NCBI GenBank assembly: GCA_030390025.1
Contig: CM059428.1
Location: forward strand, 168,578,001 to 168,642,000
Direction of reading: 5' to 3'
Length of the DNA: 64,000 nucleotides
Source: Squalus acanthias
Lineage: Eukaryota
Shown: positions 25,587-38,521 of the stretch, one piece after another
How the letters are laid out: every line of letters starts with the position of its first letter
Numbering within the stretch: position 1 is the first letter of the stretch
Notes under the pieces: model-generated
The model's database searches: none
What the model was told of the DNA's origin: nothing
What the model saw: only the letters and a program-made list of their open reading frames with translations
Made by a program: the position numbers and the translations under genes

Positions 25587-26213
25587 TAAGACTTTCTACA
25601 TTTGAATCTTTAATGACCTCACAAGTATAAGAAATGAATGCTGTTTAAGAAACACTAGAACCCCTTCTCTTTGGTTGGCCAGCGTCACCATCAAGTATTC
25701 TTATTAATATATGCCGAATGTAAAGTAAATCTCCCTCTGTTCTACTTCAATAGCATCCTTTGACCTTGAGTTCAAATGAGTATCACCCACTACCTCACTA
25801 TAATTTTATTTTTCATTTGAATGAAATTACAAAATAGTTATGAAATATGGGCAGGTTTGTGCAGTGAGCTCAAGCCTAATAAATTTGGTGCAGATTGTCC
25901 ACAATCATTTCACTTAGGACACTTATGCCTGCCAGAAAGGAGAGATTTTTATCTCATCTGCCTTGACTGGACTGTAATAGAGGCTTCAGGGGTGAAACAT
26001 CAATGTTCAGCACAATCAAAGCATTTTTGACAAAAATCCCTAGCACATCTGCATACAGTAAACCTACATTTGAGTCAATGCTAGCTCCCAAAAATCTGCA
26101 TACAGTACATTTGAGTCAATGCTAGTTCCCGAAAATCTATTAATGTTCAGCAATGTTAAGCCTTTAGTGGCTCATGCAAATATTTTCCGAACAAGCAATA
26201 ATGGGGTGCTTAC

Positions 26214-26480
26214 CTCGAACATTCAGCTGTGCTGTTTCTGTCACATCTCTCACTTTCAGCATAACTGTTCCTGTGTCATCAAGTGTTACACCTTTCAGAA
26301 TTAACGTGTGTTGCTTTCCTTTTTTCTTTATCTCATTGAAGTTATTGGAGTATAAGGGAGTATCATTTAGATACCACTGAACATCTTCATCATCATGGGA
26401 CAACTCACATGAATATACTAGATTGCTGTCCTCCTCAGTATCTACGTCCTCCAAATGTTTTATTATTTCTATTTTTGGAG
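26214..26480 (-). CDS. OBSCN: Obscurin exon N, Ig domain (267 nt; APKIEIIKHLED...AQLNVR)
   Basis: Acceptor cattttcag|CT, donor CGAG|gtaagc. Confidence 0.93.
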
Positions 26481-28132
26481 CTGAAAATGCAAATACAAAC
26501 ATAGTTAATGTTTCTACCTTGAATATATATACACATCATTAACATACAATGGGGTAAACTTTCAGAGATTCCATTCCAGGCACAGAGACTTGCTCAATGA
26601 ATTGGAGAATCAGTGCCTGGTTTGCAACAACCCCGATTCAGAGCACTCTCGAATGACCCTCGAATCATTGGAAAATTGGGAATGCGTGAATTGTGTGCAC
26701 GGAGCTACAGGCCTGATTCCCTGATCTGTGCTCCAGTCGAGAAAATGCACACCAGAACCAATGTTTGAATATTTATCCCAATATAGAATATTCTACTTCC
26801 CTTAATATTAAGTAAAATGAATTTCACTAACAAATCACAAGACAAAAAAATCCTACTTCCAATAAGCTTCACTTTTAGTAGAATATCAAATAATACAAAT
26901 ATATATACTCATGCATGAGACAAAACAAATCAGCCATGATCTATTAGTATGACAGAACAGACTTGAGAGGTTGAACGAGCTACTCCTGTTCCTATGTTCC
27001 TAAGAAATTTAGGTTACTGTTTAGGAAGATCAACATACATCTGTGTAATTGCAGTGGGTCATTCTGTTGCTTACTTGTAAGGGGTGAGGGCACACTCCCA
27101 TTCTTCCAGCTCTGCTATCCTGTCTCATCCTCTATTGCCAACAGCACCACCCAAAATTGGTCCTCTTGCTTCGTCAGGACGCGACCGGCGTGCTGGGGAC
27201 TCTATTCGCCACAAGAGGCAGTGCGGCGATCGCGAAGACGACGAAAATCGGCTGGTGGGGAAATCAGCAGCGGGCTTACCGAGTCTGGGGGGGAGGGGGC
27301 GGGGAGATCAGGACGGGGTGAGCGGTGGCGGGCAATGGCCAGGAGGAGCACTCCTGCTCTTTTTGGCTCCACACTCAGGTTAAGTGTAACATTGCTAACT
27401 CACCTTTTTTGGTGACAGCCTCCAACGGTTCCTTTAAACACTGCAAGTTTGGTTGCTGTTCGCCTGAGAAAACTGACTGCAGCATGCAAGGCACATGCTG
27501 CAGTCAGTTGCGATCCATTTTCAGAAAGGGGCTTGAAATAGGCATTAAGCCCACGATTTGCATATGCAACTGACCTAACGCCCATTTCAGGCAGGCTCCT
27601 TAGGCGACTGTAGGGCGTCCTAACTAATATGGCATGCGTCGTGTACCCAGTGAGAATGGTCGCGCGCACGACACACACCATATTTCTTGGTCTACAACTC
27701 TTCAGCTTTAAAAAGGTGAATGAGAGAGAGCGAGGACCTCAAAGGTATATAAGATACTACGGTGAATAGAAACAGTTGATTTGGAGTATTATTCCAAGTT
27801 AAAGCACAAAAATGTGACAGGTGTAAACTAGCAAAGGGCAAAATGATTAATACTTGGATGAGCAGAGGAGGAAAAATTTCAGGAAACATTCAAGAGGCAG
27901 TTAAATGGAAAACCTTAGATTTCTTTGGAAGGATGGGCTAAAAGGCATCGCCTAGATGTATTTATCCTGGTGGCCTAAAAAACAAGTAATTAAAAATGCA
28001 TTTTGGGCTTCAGTTGAAAAAAACATTTACTCATATTACTACCACTGGGCTTTGGTGTTAATATTAATTACCCGTCATGCTCTTTCAATATATAGCAGAA
28101 AATAATTTTTATTGCAAGGCGTCAATTCTTAC

Positions 28133-28399
28133 CTTCGACTCGGAGTGTGGCTGTGGTCTGTGCATTACTTGATTTGCAGCTATATTCACCAGAGTCTTTG
28201 GGTGTGAGATTTGTAATGGTAAGTTCTATCACATTCTTATTTTGTTTAAATTTGTATCGGTCAGAAGATTCGATTAAGCTCTGGTCTTTGTACCATCTGA
28301 CTATCTTGGGAGTAGGTGTAAACTCACAGCTTAAAGTAGCAGAATGCTTCTCTTCCAATGTAATGTTCTGTAGTTCTTTGACTACCTTTGACGGAGGCT
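28133..28399 (-). CDS. OBSCN: Obscurin exon M, Ig domain (267 nt; EPPSKVVKEL...ATLRVE)
   Basis: Acceptor atttttcag|AG, donor GAAG|gtaaga. Confidence 0.93.
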
Positions 28400-28440
28400 C
28401 TGAAAAATAATCACATTTGAATTTATACTTAAGGCTGTCA

Positions 28441-29133
28441 AACAACAACAACTGGCATTTATATAGCTCCTTTAATGTAATAAAGCGTCCCAAGGTGATT
28501 CACAGGATAGTAAGAAGACAAAAATTGACACTGAGCCACATAAGGAGATATTAGGATAGGTGGTCAGAGGTAGGTTTGAAGGAGCGTCTTAAAGGAGGAG
28601 AGGTGGAGAATTTTAGGGAGGGCCTGGACAGCTAAAGGCACTGCCGCCAATGGGTGGGTGTGGGGGGCGGGGGTCCGGGGGGGGCAGCAAAGGAAATCGG
28701 GGATGTGCAAAAGGCCAGAATTGGAGGAGCGCAGAGATCTTGGAAGGTTGTTGGGCCGGAGGAGGTCACAGAGATAGGATGGGGCGAGGCCAAGGAGGGA
28801 TTTGAACACAAGAATGAGAATTTTATAATCAAGGCGTTGCTGGACTGGGAGTCAATGTAGGTAAGCGAGCACAGGGGTGATGGGTGAACGGGATTTGGTG
28901 CGAGTTAGGATATGGGCAGCAAAGTTTTGGATGAGCTCAAGTTTACGAGGATGGAAAGTGGGAAGCCAGCTAGAAGAGCAGAAGAACATTGGCATTGTCG
29001 AGTCTGGAGGTAACAAAGGCATGGATGAGGGTTTCAGCAGCAGATGGGCTGAGGGAGGGGCGATGTTCAGAGGTGGTCTTGGTGATGAAGAGGATATGGG
29101 GTCAGAAGCTCAGCTCAAGGTCAAATAGGATGC
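28441..29133 (-). mobile_element. L2 LINE 3' fragment
   Basis: Homologous to 23348-24095 (FKSLLGLAPSYL, same tail). Ends about 40 nt before the exon M acceptor. Confidence 0.88.
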
Positions 29134-29587
29134 TCATCCTTGGCAACATCCTAATGTATCTAATTAATCAATGCTGCACCTTTCACTTTGTTTTTATATT
29201 GTTCTTACAATAGGGTGCCCACCGCTGTACACAATATTCTAACTGCTGCCTAACTCGGTGCTTGCTCAGGTTCAGCATTCCCTCTTCAAATCTTTGTTTA
29301 TAGTGTTATTGCTATTTTTTTTTTTAATTTAGAATTCCCCAGCAACTGATCTTCAGCTAAAAGAATAGACAAAGGGATAAGTAGGTTAAAGATTACTTTG
29401 AGGTTCTGATATTCATTTTGCCATTAGCCTACCAATACTCACGGGTAAGAGTCATAGGAAAAATGGATAGGATGGTGAGGTACTACATGCTGCAGGTGTC
29501 TGTGGAAGCATATGCCAACATGAGTCACTGTCTAGAAGAAAGGGAGGGAGAAAATTGGGAAAATGCGGAAGAAAAGAGTCTGAATAC

Positions 29588-29857
29588 CTTTAATAGTCAG
29601 CCTCGCCTCAGATTTTGATTTCCCTGCAATAAACTGCAGCAAGCCGGTCATCTTACAAGTTGTTTTTTTCAGAGTGAGACGATGAATAGTGCCACAATGC
29701 TCAATGTCCACATCTTCAGAAGCATGAAGAATTTCACCATTTAGTATCCATTTTGGAGGCTTCACGTCAGCTACTGAAAGCTCACACTCAAGAATGGCGT
29801 CATTTGGCTCTGTCACTTCCACATCACATATTGGTTTAATGATGGCAATTGATTGCT
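29588..29857 (-). CDS. OBSCN: Obscurin exon L, Ig domain (270 nt; EQSIAIIKPICDVEV...ARLTIK)
   Basis: Acceptor atttttacag|AG, donor AAAG|gtattc. Confidence 0.93.
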
Positions 29858-32097
29858 CTGTAAAAATAAAATATATTTGTTAAATATATTTGTAAAATAC
29901 ATAGACTGTAGCAAAGTCACAAGAATACAAATTGAAAGGTACAATTATTAAGAAAGAGATTTTGGCAACAAAAAAAATTACTTTAACATGATAATTTTTT
30001 TTTTTATCTTGCATTTTGCCTTTAACATAATAAAACATTCCAAGTAGCTTTATAGAGCAGAAAATGAACTTAATGGTTTTAGCGCTTTTCAAGCAGTTAG
30101 TATTCCTCTTAACTGGTTTAAATTTCACAAAGTTTATTCATTCAGCTTTGGAGTGCACAAATTTGGTAGATAATAGCTGACGGTAACAGAGAAAAATCCT
30201 AATTTACCCACTATGCACTGTAGGTGCTCAGTCCTGCAGCAACATTTTGGGTCTAGAAATTGGATCGCATTGCGCACGTTTTACAGGCATAAAACAGGTG
30301 CCTAAGGATCCATATCGGTTCTGTCTTTTCCTTAGGCATCCAGGGCGCACACCTGAAACAGGCATTAGGATCTTTGTACATGCAAATTCGATTGCGATTG
30401 ACCGCAGCATGCACCGTACATGTTGCGGTCGGTTTCTTCAGGCGCTTAAGGACCGCTGGAGGCGGACACCATAAATATAAGTTTCAACTTCTTTAACTTA
30501 CCTTATTGTGGAGCTAGGAGGAACAGAAGTGCTCCTCCTGGCTCCACATTAAATCCGTGGGCTGCTGACGGCCATTGTTCATCCCCCTCCCGATTGCCTT
30601 CCCAGCAGAATTTATATGAAAGGGAATGTGTGCTGGCAAAGCATACCGAAAATTTGAACCCTGTGTATATAGGAATACATTTTCCAATTTAGTGCTCTTG
30701 ACTCAGAACTTTGTATGAGAGGAGCACAGATTGGGAATTCATAACTCACAAAGTTTACAGGGCACATTTTCTGCTATGAGCACCCGCTGAGGGGACAGCT
30801 GCCTGTGTACGTTGGGGATGAAATAGGAACACACCTGTAAAGGTCTTTATGTAGAGAACAGGAGTGTAGGAAGGGTGTACCACTGCTTTGGGGGTTGGGG
30901 AAGGGAGCAGATTGGTAATTAGGAGATTACCCCGTCAGTACACTGCCGGTGGGGTGGTCTGCACCTCTGATATTGCCTTGCCTTTTTCTTCCATTGGATT
31001 CCTGGGACACCAAAGCCAGCTCTGCTCTGCCAGTTTTTCATGCTACCTTCTCCACTTAACTATCTTGCTTTAACTATTCACATATTCGCTCGGTCTCATA
31101 TGTCTTTTACTTCTCTAATTTCTCTCATGCCTTCTTTTGTCATGTTATTACCACTTCTGTCATTTAGCCAGCTCCTGTTCTCCACTCATCACTTTACAGG
31201 TTATTCTTTTTCTTTTCTTGTATATCTTGTTTCTTCACAACCCGAGGGGTCACCCCCACCCCCACCCCTTCTCTTGCTCTGTTCCTTCTTATAAGTGGTT
31301 CATCTGTAAGAAGTTCCGACAAAGAGTTATACCTGAAACACTTCATGAGACTTGGCACCAGTATTAAAGATAATAGAATGACATTTTATTTTTAGTATTA
31401 AATTGATTGTAATTTAGTCTAGATTATAAATTGGAAAAGTATTTAATACTGCTAACATTTTTAGGTGAATCAATTTTCACCTCTTTTTAATTGGTTTATT
31501 TATCTTCTTGAAACTACCACAATCAGGGTGCCAGGTGCTGATGCACTACTTTCTAATCTAGAAACTACACACTTCACAGTGGAGCAGAAGGATTCAGATT
31601 TTATCCTCAGCTCGCCCAAGCATCGGATATAAACCATGTCACTGTGGGAAGGCACTAAGCAGAAGTCACAGATCTTTCCAAGAGCGGAAAGGACATTTTT
31701 AATGCAGTGTCTTCAGCAAGCTGCTCTCTTGCATCTTTAGGCCCTCTTGGATGATGTAGGAAGTGTGTGGCTACCTCACAGGGTGTGAGAAAAATTGGAA
31801 GGCAAGTTAACCACAGCCTCTCTGATTCACCTCCTAGTAGCCAATTATAGAGCAGCATAGGAGACCACCTGCCTGCCCACTCTCTCCAAAGGGAAATGTT
31901 TTTTTGGGATGGAAGGAACCTAAAAAAAAGAGGATCAAGAAACAATGTGGACTTAAAAATGTATGAAATTCATTTTAGTCAGTGTCAATATTGTTAATTG
32001 TAATTTATGTATAATGGCTGCCTATCCGGGTACGGTGCTATTTAACGAAACATTGGGACAAACTACTTAGTTTTATTAAGGGGATTAAAAGGCCAAG

Positions 32098-32897
32098 GGG
32101 GCGATTTTGTGAATGGAGGCGAGTTGGAGGTGGGACTGCTGCTTGTCGGGTTTCAGTCCCGCCTCCAACGAGTTATGGCCAACCAACGCTATTTTCTCTT
32201 GATTGGCCTTGTTAAGCCCGCCCAGCGGGCTTAGCAGACCAATTAAGGGAAAGCCGGTTGCAGAGCACGTCAACGTATGACGTGTCATCTATCAAAAATT
32301 TTTGACAGATGAATTGTCATCATTTGACAGCTCTGTGAAGCTGTCAAACAGTGACAATCTCTGCAGTTTGATGAGGTCTTGCTTACAAGACCTCATCAAC
32401 CTTCTTTCTTTTACAGAATTGAGATGTTTGTTGCATCTGAGAATGCAACGGACATCTCTCATCTGCAACACGGAGGGTGCGAGACTCTCCGTATAGAAGC
32501 TGACTGAAGCCTGCAGGAAGAAACAAAGGTAAGTACACTTTTAAAAACACTTAGGACTTACCTCAGATACTCACCTCTACACTCTTGCACCCATCACTTA
32601 CCTTCACACCACACTTTTGCACCCACCCACCCCCCCCCCGACCCAGTACTCGCCTCGGTGACCCTGGCGGGTTTTGGTGCTGTCGGGAAGCCCGCACTGG
32701 AGGGCAAAAACGGGATAATCCTATTTTCTGCCTGTTAACTACCTGTTAACAGGCAGTTAATAGGCTTTAATCCCTTCCCGGCGCGGGCCGGCAACCCGCC
32801 TCCTGGGAAGATGGCATGAAGGCGGGTTTGCCACCCGCCCCCAAATTCTGCCATTTTCCCGGCAGTCCCGCCTCCTCAGGGTCGAGAAAAATCGCCC
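32098..32897. mobile_element. Harbinger-type MITE, family copy 2
   Basis: TIR gggcgatttt / aaaatcgccc with AAG on both flanks. Internal sequence shared with 20650-21472. Confidence 0.85.
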
Positions 32898-33045
32898 AAG
32901 TTTCAATATTAGTATATTGCTAACTACTGGAACAAAACCTTAAAAATTGCATTATTTAAAACTTGTTTTTCAGCTCCACTCTTAATGTTGATGAAACATT
33001 TAAAAATTGACATTTAAAAATTTTTATTTCCAAGATCGACATTAC

Positions 33046-33312
33046 CTTCTACATATAACTTTGCTGTGCTTTGGTCATCTATGGCATCACACATGTAGCT
33101 GCCTTCATCTTCAAAAGCGACATTATTAATAATGAGCTTCCTGTACACATCTTCACTCACAATCTCATATTTATTACTGGGATGAATCTCTTTGCCTTTG
33201 TAATACCACTTGACAGCAGCATTTGGCCTGGTAACCTTGCATTCAAAAATGACACGATGTTTCTCCATGCCAATCTTCTCTCTTAAGGGTTTCACAATTT
33301 TAACTGGCAATT
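33046..33312 (-). CDS. OBSCN: Obscurin exon K, Ig domain (267 nt; ELPVKIVKPLREKIGMEKHR...AKLYVE)
   Basis: Acceptor ctgtttcag|AA, donor GAAG|gtaatg. Confidence 0.94.
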
Positions 33313-34104
33313 CTGAAACAGATAAAGAGAACAACTGTTTGATATCTACATTAAAACTATAAAACAGTATGTTAACGGTCATAGCCAGATATTGAAGAGG
33401 CACAGTGACTATGATGGAGAACAACTAGACGAAACAACTATCTGTCATTTTCATTGTAGTGTTACAACACAGTAATATTTTGATAAGAACTGCTTCATCA
33501 CATAACAATGTTTGGTAAATAAGAACAATGTTTACCATGCTCTTTTCATTGAAGACAGAGCCCACTTAAACATATGAGTAAGTTTGAAAGGGTTATTCAA
33601 TCAAATAGATTACTTGTGGTGAAATCTGGCTTTACTGGGAGCAAAAAGCAGGCGATAGCGAATCGACAGCACATTTTATACTCCACCCGATTTTCTTTTC
33701 TATTGACTTGCGACTTGCTATTGCCCGTTTTGCGCTACCTATGAAGTCGAATTACACCTCCTTTGTTTCTATATAGTCTCAAGTTAAATATAAAAATCAC
33801 AGATAGATCAATCATTAACTGACTTTGTTTTCCAATATTAGTCATACATTTGTTAAAGCAGTTCTATGTATATCAAAAATATCTCCAAATAAGGAAATAC
33901 ATTTATGGTTCCATGAGTTAAACAGTGTCAAAGGTTCTCTCGCACACTGATTACTTTTATTACCTTTGCTTTTCTTTTTATGGTTAATTCCACAATCCCA
34001 CTCTCTGAGCGATAATCCCATGCTTGCAGGGCGCACTAAGATAGCATTACAATATTATAGCCTCTAATCTCCAAATCTATAAAGCGTTTGCTAAAAGTTT
34101 TTAC

Positions 34105-34209
34105 CTTTAATTCGAAGCAAAGCTCTGGAAGTAGCACTTTCAGCAACAAACTTGATCTCTGCAGCATCTTCAGTTTTTACTGATTTAAAGAGCAGAATAT
34201 GGGTCCTTC
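34105..34209 (-). CDS. OBSCN: Obscurin exon J, C-terminal part of Ig domain (105 nt; GRTHILLFKSVKTEDAAEIKFVAESATSRALLRIK)
   Basis: Not in the ORF track; read manually. Acceptor tgcacacag|GA, donor AAAG|gtaaaa. 162+105=267 nt. Confidence 0.91.
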
Positions 34210-35404
34210 CTGTGTGCAAAACATTTAGTTATGCTGTATATCAGCAGCATGAAAATAGGTAAAGTGTATATTTTTGAATCAGATTTTGCACGAATTTCTT
34301 CCTTTATGCTTTAATTTTTATATGCTATCTTCAGTTCTATGTTCCAGCAACAGGGAGCATACTTGCTCTGGGATAATCTACTAACTTCTATTGCTCCCAA
34401 CTAAAAACATATTGGAGGATGTGATGGTTTACGTCACCTCAGCAAAGAAAAGTGGCTGTATCGAGTGACCATCCAAGGAAATGCATTGGTCACATTTAAG
34501 GATACAAAGAACAGCATACAGAGATGATGCGCAGCAGATAACATATAAGTGAAACAAGTTAACAAATAATCCACTATTATTCACTTCCATCTGCACTTGT
34601 TAAATTATGTTTAAAAACATCAGATCTTCTCCATATACACCTTTTTAGTCTGATAGTATAATCTGGGAATTTACAGCAAATTGCAAGATCCTCACAGTAA
34701 ACAGAGAACAACCCTGCTTGTTTACCTACTAGAGTGTGACTGGAAGCTGTGGTGCGCAATGCTAAGTTTATCAACATCTGCAGCACATTTGTTAAAAATA
34801 GAATAATTCAACAATGCTGGATTTCAAAAGAACAGTGCAGTTAAAATGACAGATGCTCATTTCAAATGAGACATTGGAGTTAAAAACTACTTCTACTGTT
34901 CGTTCAACTCTGTCACACTGCCTGGCTTAGTAACTGATGGCTGCAGTTATAGACTCAGATCGTTTGCTGCACAGTGCGAGTCGTAGCTGCTACCACCCAA
35001 GTTAAACTACAGGCTGAAATCTTAGTCTAACAGTCAGGAAAGAACTCAGCACGTGGTCCACTCCTGGTCGGTAAAATTTTAATGTTTTGAAAGCAGGGAT
35101 AGGAGTATCCGCTTTCTCAAAACATTAAAATAAAAACTTAGCCCAAGTTTATAAAATGCCAGGCAATCCAATGGACCACCTGTGCACTATTTAATCCTGG
35201 ACTGACATTGCACTGGAGTTATATTCAATGTGGTAGCAAACCCAATAAATGCGAGATGACCTCCCTGCTTCACAGTGACACAAAAATGACATTAACTGCA
35301 GTGAGAGTCTGGAAACACTCGCAGATCTCCAGAAGGCAATAAAAATAACCTTCAATTTTAAATATTTCCTATCAGGTAATAGTCTTCATATGAAAGTTTT
35401 CTTA

Positions 35405-35820
35405 AACTCTCTGGAGTTTAGAAGAATGAGAGGTGATCTCATTGAAACATACAAGATTCTGGAGGGGATTGACAGGGTAGAGGCTGAGAGGTTGCTTCCC
35501 CTGGCTGGAGTGTCTAGAACTAGGGAGCATAGTCTCAGGATAAGGGGTCGGCCATTTAAGAACGAGATGAGGAGGAATTTCTTCACTCAGAGGGTTGTGA
35601 ATCTTTGGAATTCTCTGTCCAGAGGGCTGTGAATGCTGAGTCTTTGAGTATATTCAAGGCTGAGATAGATAGATTTTTGGACTCTAGGGGAATCAAGGGA
35701 TATGGAGATCGGGCGGGAAAGTGGAGTTGAGGTCGATGATCAGCCATGATCTTATTGAATGGCGGAGCAGGCTCGAGGGGCCGTATAGCCTACTCCTGCT
35801 CCTATTTCTTATGTTCTAAT
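35405..35820 (+). mobile_element. CR1 3' fragment
   Basis: SLEFRRMRGDLIETYKIL...RNFFTQRVVNLWNSL plus 3'UTR and tail. Confidence 0.92.
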
Positions 35821-36209
35821 GTTTACCCTTTAAAAATAGTTCCCCTTTTCCTTTAATCACACTATTCTCAGTACAGTACTACATCTTTGCAGGATCACTG
35901 CAAGCATCTAGTGGCAGACGAGGAGTACTGCAATAGTTCATGTACTTCTTTTTCTGGCCTCCAGGATCTTAAAGTTAAATTAATCTTCTGCTTCAGAAAT
36001 GAAAATCATACTTTTTTGGGCCTCAGATCTATACATCAGATTGACTTAAATTTTTTTAACAACTTTTTTCTCATCTAAATGTTCTAAACCAGAAACAATA
36101 TTATTGGAAGCATTCATTTGGATAATAGCATATCCCGATTCTAACAAGATTCACATTAAAATAATTTCTGAAACCATGTTAAATCATAATAAAAAAAAAA
36201 AGATTCTAC

Positions 36210-36371
36210 CTTCCTGACGAATTTTTACGTTTTCCCCAGCCCTGATTTTTATGTCATTCTTAAACCACTGAAAACCAACTTCATCATGCGAGATTTCACA
36301 TAAGAAGGCAGCACTCTCCTGTTCAATCACTTCAAGGTCTTCCAAGGGCCTAATTACTTTGATGTCACGAG
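36210..36371 (-). CDS. OBSCN: Obscurin exon I, N-terminal part of Ig domain (162 nt; ARDIKVIRPLED...VKIRQE)
   Basis: Acceptor gtttgttag|CT, donor GAAG|gtagaa, phase 1-1. Confidence 0.91.
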
Positions 36372-37380
36372 CTAACAAACAACACAAAAGAAATCAAAAA
36401 GTCAAAACTACATCTGTTTTAAAGAGACGGTTATATTTCTGCTGAACGTATGCATTTGCCTACATAACAACAGTGACTACACTTCAGAAGTAATTTTTAA
36501 CTGTGAAGCACTTTGGAACATCCTGAAGGCATGAAAGGTGCTATATAAATGCAAGTTAATTCCTTCTTTCTTTCTGTTTGTTGCACCTTGATTTAACAGG
36601 TAGCAGAAGGCACTCGAACATGTTCAGCAGGTTGTGGTAGTGATACTTGTCAGATATTATTTTTAAATACTTAACTGGTCAAGAACCACTCAGTGATGAA
36701 GAGCAATAGCTCTATGAACAGGCTAACTCCAAACACTGCAAGCAGGGCTGGATTAGCTTACTATACAATAAGGTTCAGCTCTCCATCTATTACAGTGCAA
36801 GGTACTTCACAGAACATCATACATTCTTATACTTCACTTTACAAGTTAATATAATTCAGTACCCTCTGGTCCCTTAGTTTCGGGACTAGATTAACCTAAT
36901 TTTGTTACTGCGGCTCTTAATGACATCATGGCCAGGTCGGTTGTTAAGATCTTCTATGAATGTGAACAGGCTGCTTAAGCCAACTTCCTTAACTTCTCTT
37001 CCTCTGTGGCTTGTTCTAAGGGTATTTGCCCTCTTTTCTCAGCTGTCCTACTCTCTAAGCTGCTCAGGGCTCTCTCTCTTTTTAGTTGCTTTCCTTCTCC
37101 AACTGCTCTCAGGACTCTCTCTCTCCCTCTATCCTCTGTGCCTCAGGTATTCAAGCCTCAAATATATCTGCCGTGTTCTTTGGGCTATATCCTACTTCCA
37201 GTTCAGTCTCGGTCACTTCTGCATACTCGCCCTCCCTATTTCAGCTCTCTGCCTCCTCAACCGTGAATCTAAATGGGTCTCCCACATCAACTGTGCCTTG
37301 CTACTCAAGCCCACCTTGTCTTTCTCTTCCTGGCTCTTACTCTCAGGCCTCATCTTTGTTATCTCCAACATACTCTTTAT

Positions 37381-37536
37381 TACAAAAGCAAAATACTGCG
37401 GATGAAGGAAATCTGAAATAAAAACAGAAAATGCTGGAAATACTCAGCAGGTCATCGACCTGAAACGTTAACTCTGTTTCTCTCTCCACAGTTGCTGCCT
37501 GACCTGCTGAGTAGTCCCAGCATTTTCTGTTTTTAT
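37381..37536. mobile_element. Penelope-like terminal repeat fragments in inverted arrangement
   Basis: aaaacagaaaatgctggaaatactcagcaggtca ... tgacctgctgagtagtcccagcattttctgtttt. Related pieces at about 38745-38820, 41715-41822 and 57060-57168. Family assignment from memory. Confidence 0.6.
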
Positions 37537-38367
37537 ACTCTTTATTAACTGCTTTAGTGCTCTTCGGTGTTTCCAGTGGCTCTCTGCTGCTCTCTTTCAC
37601 TACTATGTTCTTAGGTAATTAATAATGATTTGTAGCACAAAATTCCATATTCATATTCTACCAACCCTCCAAGTAGCGAATGTTTTTTTTAATCTTCCCT
37701 TTTAGTAATTATCTTAAATTTGTGCCCCTTATTACCATCTGGTTGAACAGTCTCATTATTTGTCCCATCATAACCCTACATAATCCTGAAGACCTCTATC
37801 AGGTCACCACTTAACCATCTCAGATCCAGTGAAAAAAAACCTTAACTTCTCAAGCATGTATTTGTAACTGTAATCCCTCCTCTCTGGTAACATCCTAATG
37901 AATCCAGTTGCTGCTTATTGCCAAAACATTATATATGCATTTATTTTAAACACTATGGCGTACATCAACCATTTCTTAGTCTGCCCGTGGGATAAATCAA
38001 TGGTGGACTCTGCATAACCAACAGTCATCCATTCCCTTGGTTTAGTATCACACCTCATTCCTCTTAGTCTTATCCATATGCAGGGTCCACTTTGCATTGC
38101 AGATGAAAAACGATTAAAAGTAGGAGTAGGTTGACTTAATATTCCATGGGGTGCCCCACCCAAATAACAAGCTTTGTGAGAGAGAAATACTGAAATATAC
38201 ACAAAACAATATAACATATATTTTTATATGTTTAGTTGTATAATTATCTATAATCTCACATTACAGCTGGAATCAATTGGACAAAGAACAAAGTAACCAC
38301 TGATATTAAAATGACTGTTTTTATAACAAAAATATAAATCGTGGTCCGATAATCACTAACCACGTAC

Positions 38368-38521
38368 CATGGACAGTAAGCATGGCTGTCGACTTGCTAT
38401 CCACTGCATCACATGTGTATTGCGCTTGGTGTTCATTTCCACACTGGTGAATGATAAGGCTCCTTTTCCTTCCTTTAGATATAATGCTATATCCTTTCCC
38501 TGGTTTAATCGCCACATCACC
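38368..38521 (-). CDS. OBSCN: Obscurin exon H, C-terminal half Ig domain (154 nt; GDVAIKPGKGY...AMLTVH)
   Basis: Acceptor tttctgcag|GG, donor CATG|gtacgt, phase 0-1. Confidence 0.91.

Noticed and set aside
36902-37421. Overlapping Leu/Ser-rich ORFs as a membrane protein
   Set aside because: CT-rich low-complexity intronic sequence with no recognisable domain or splice support.
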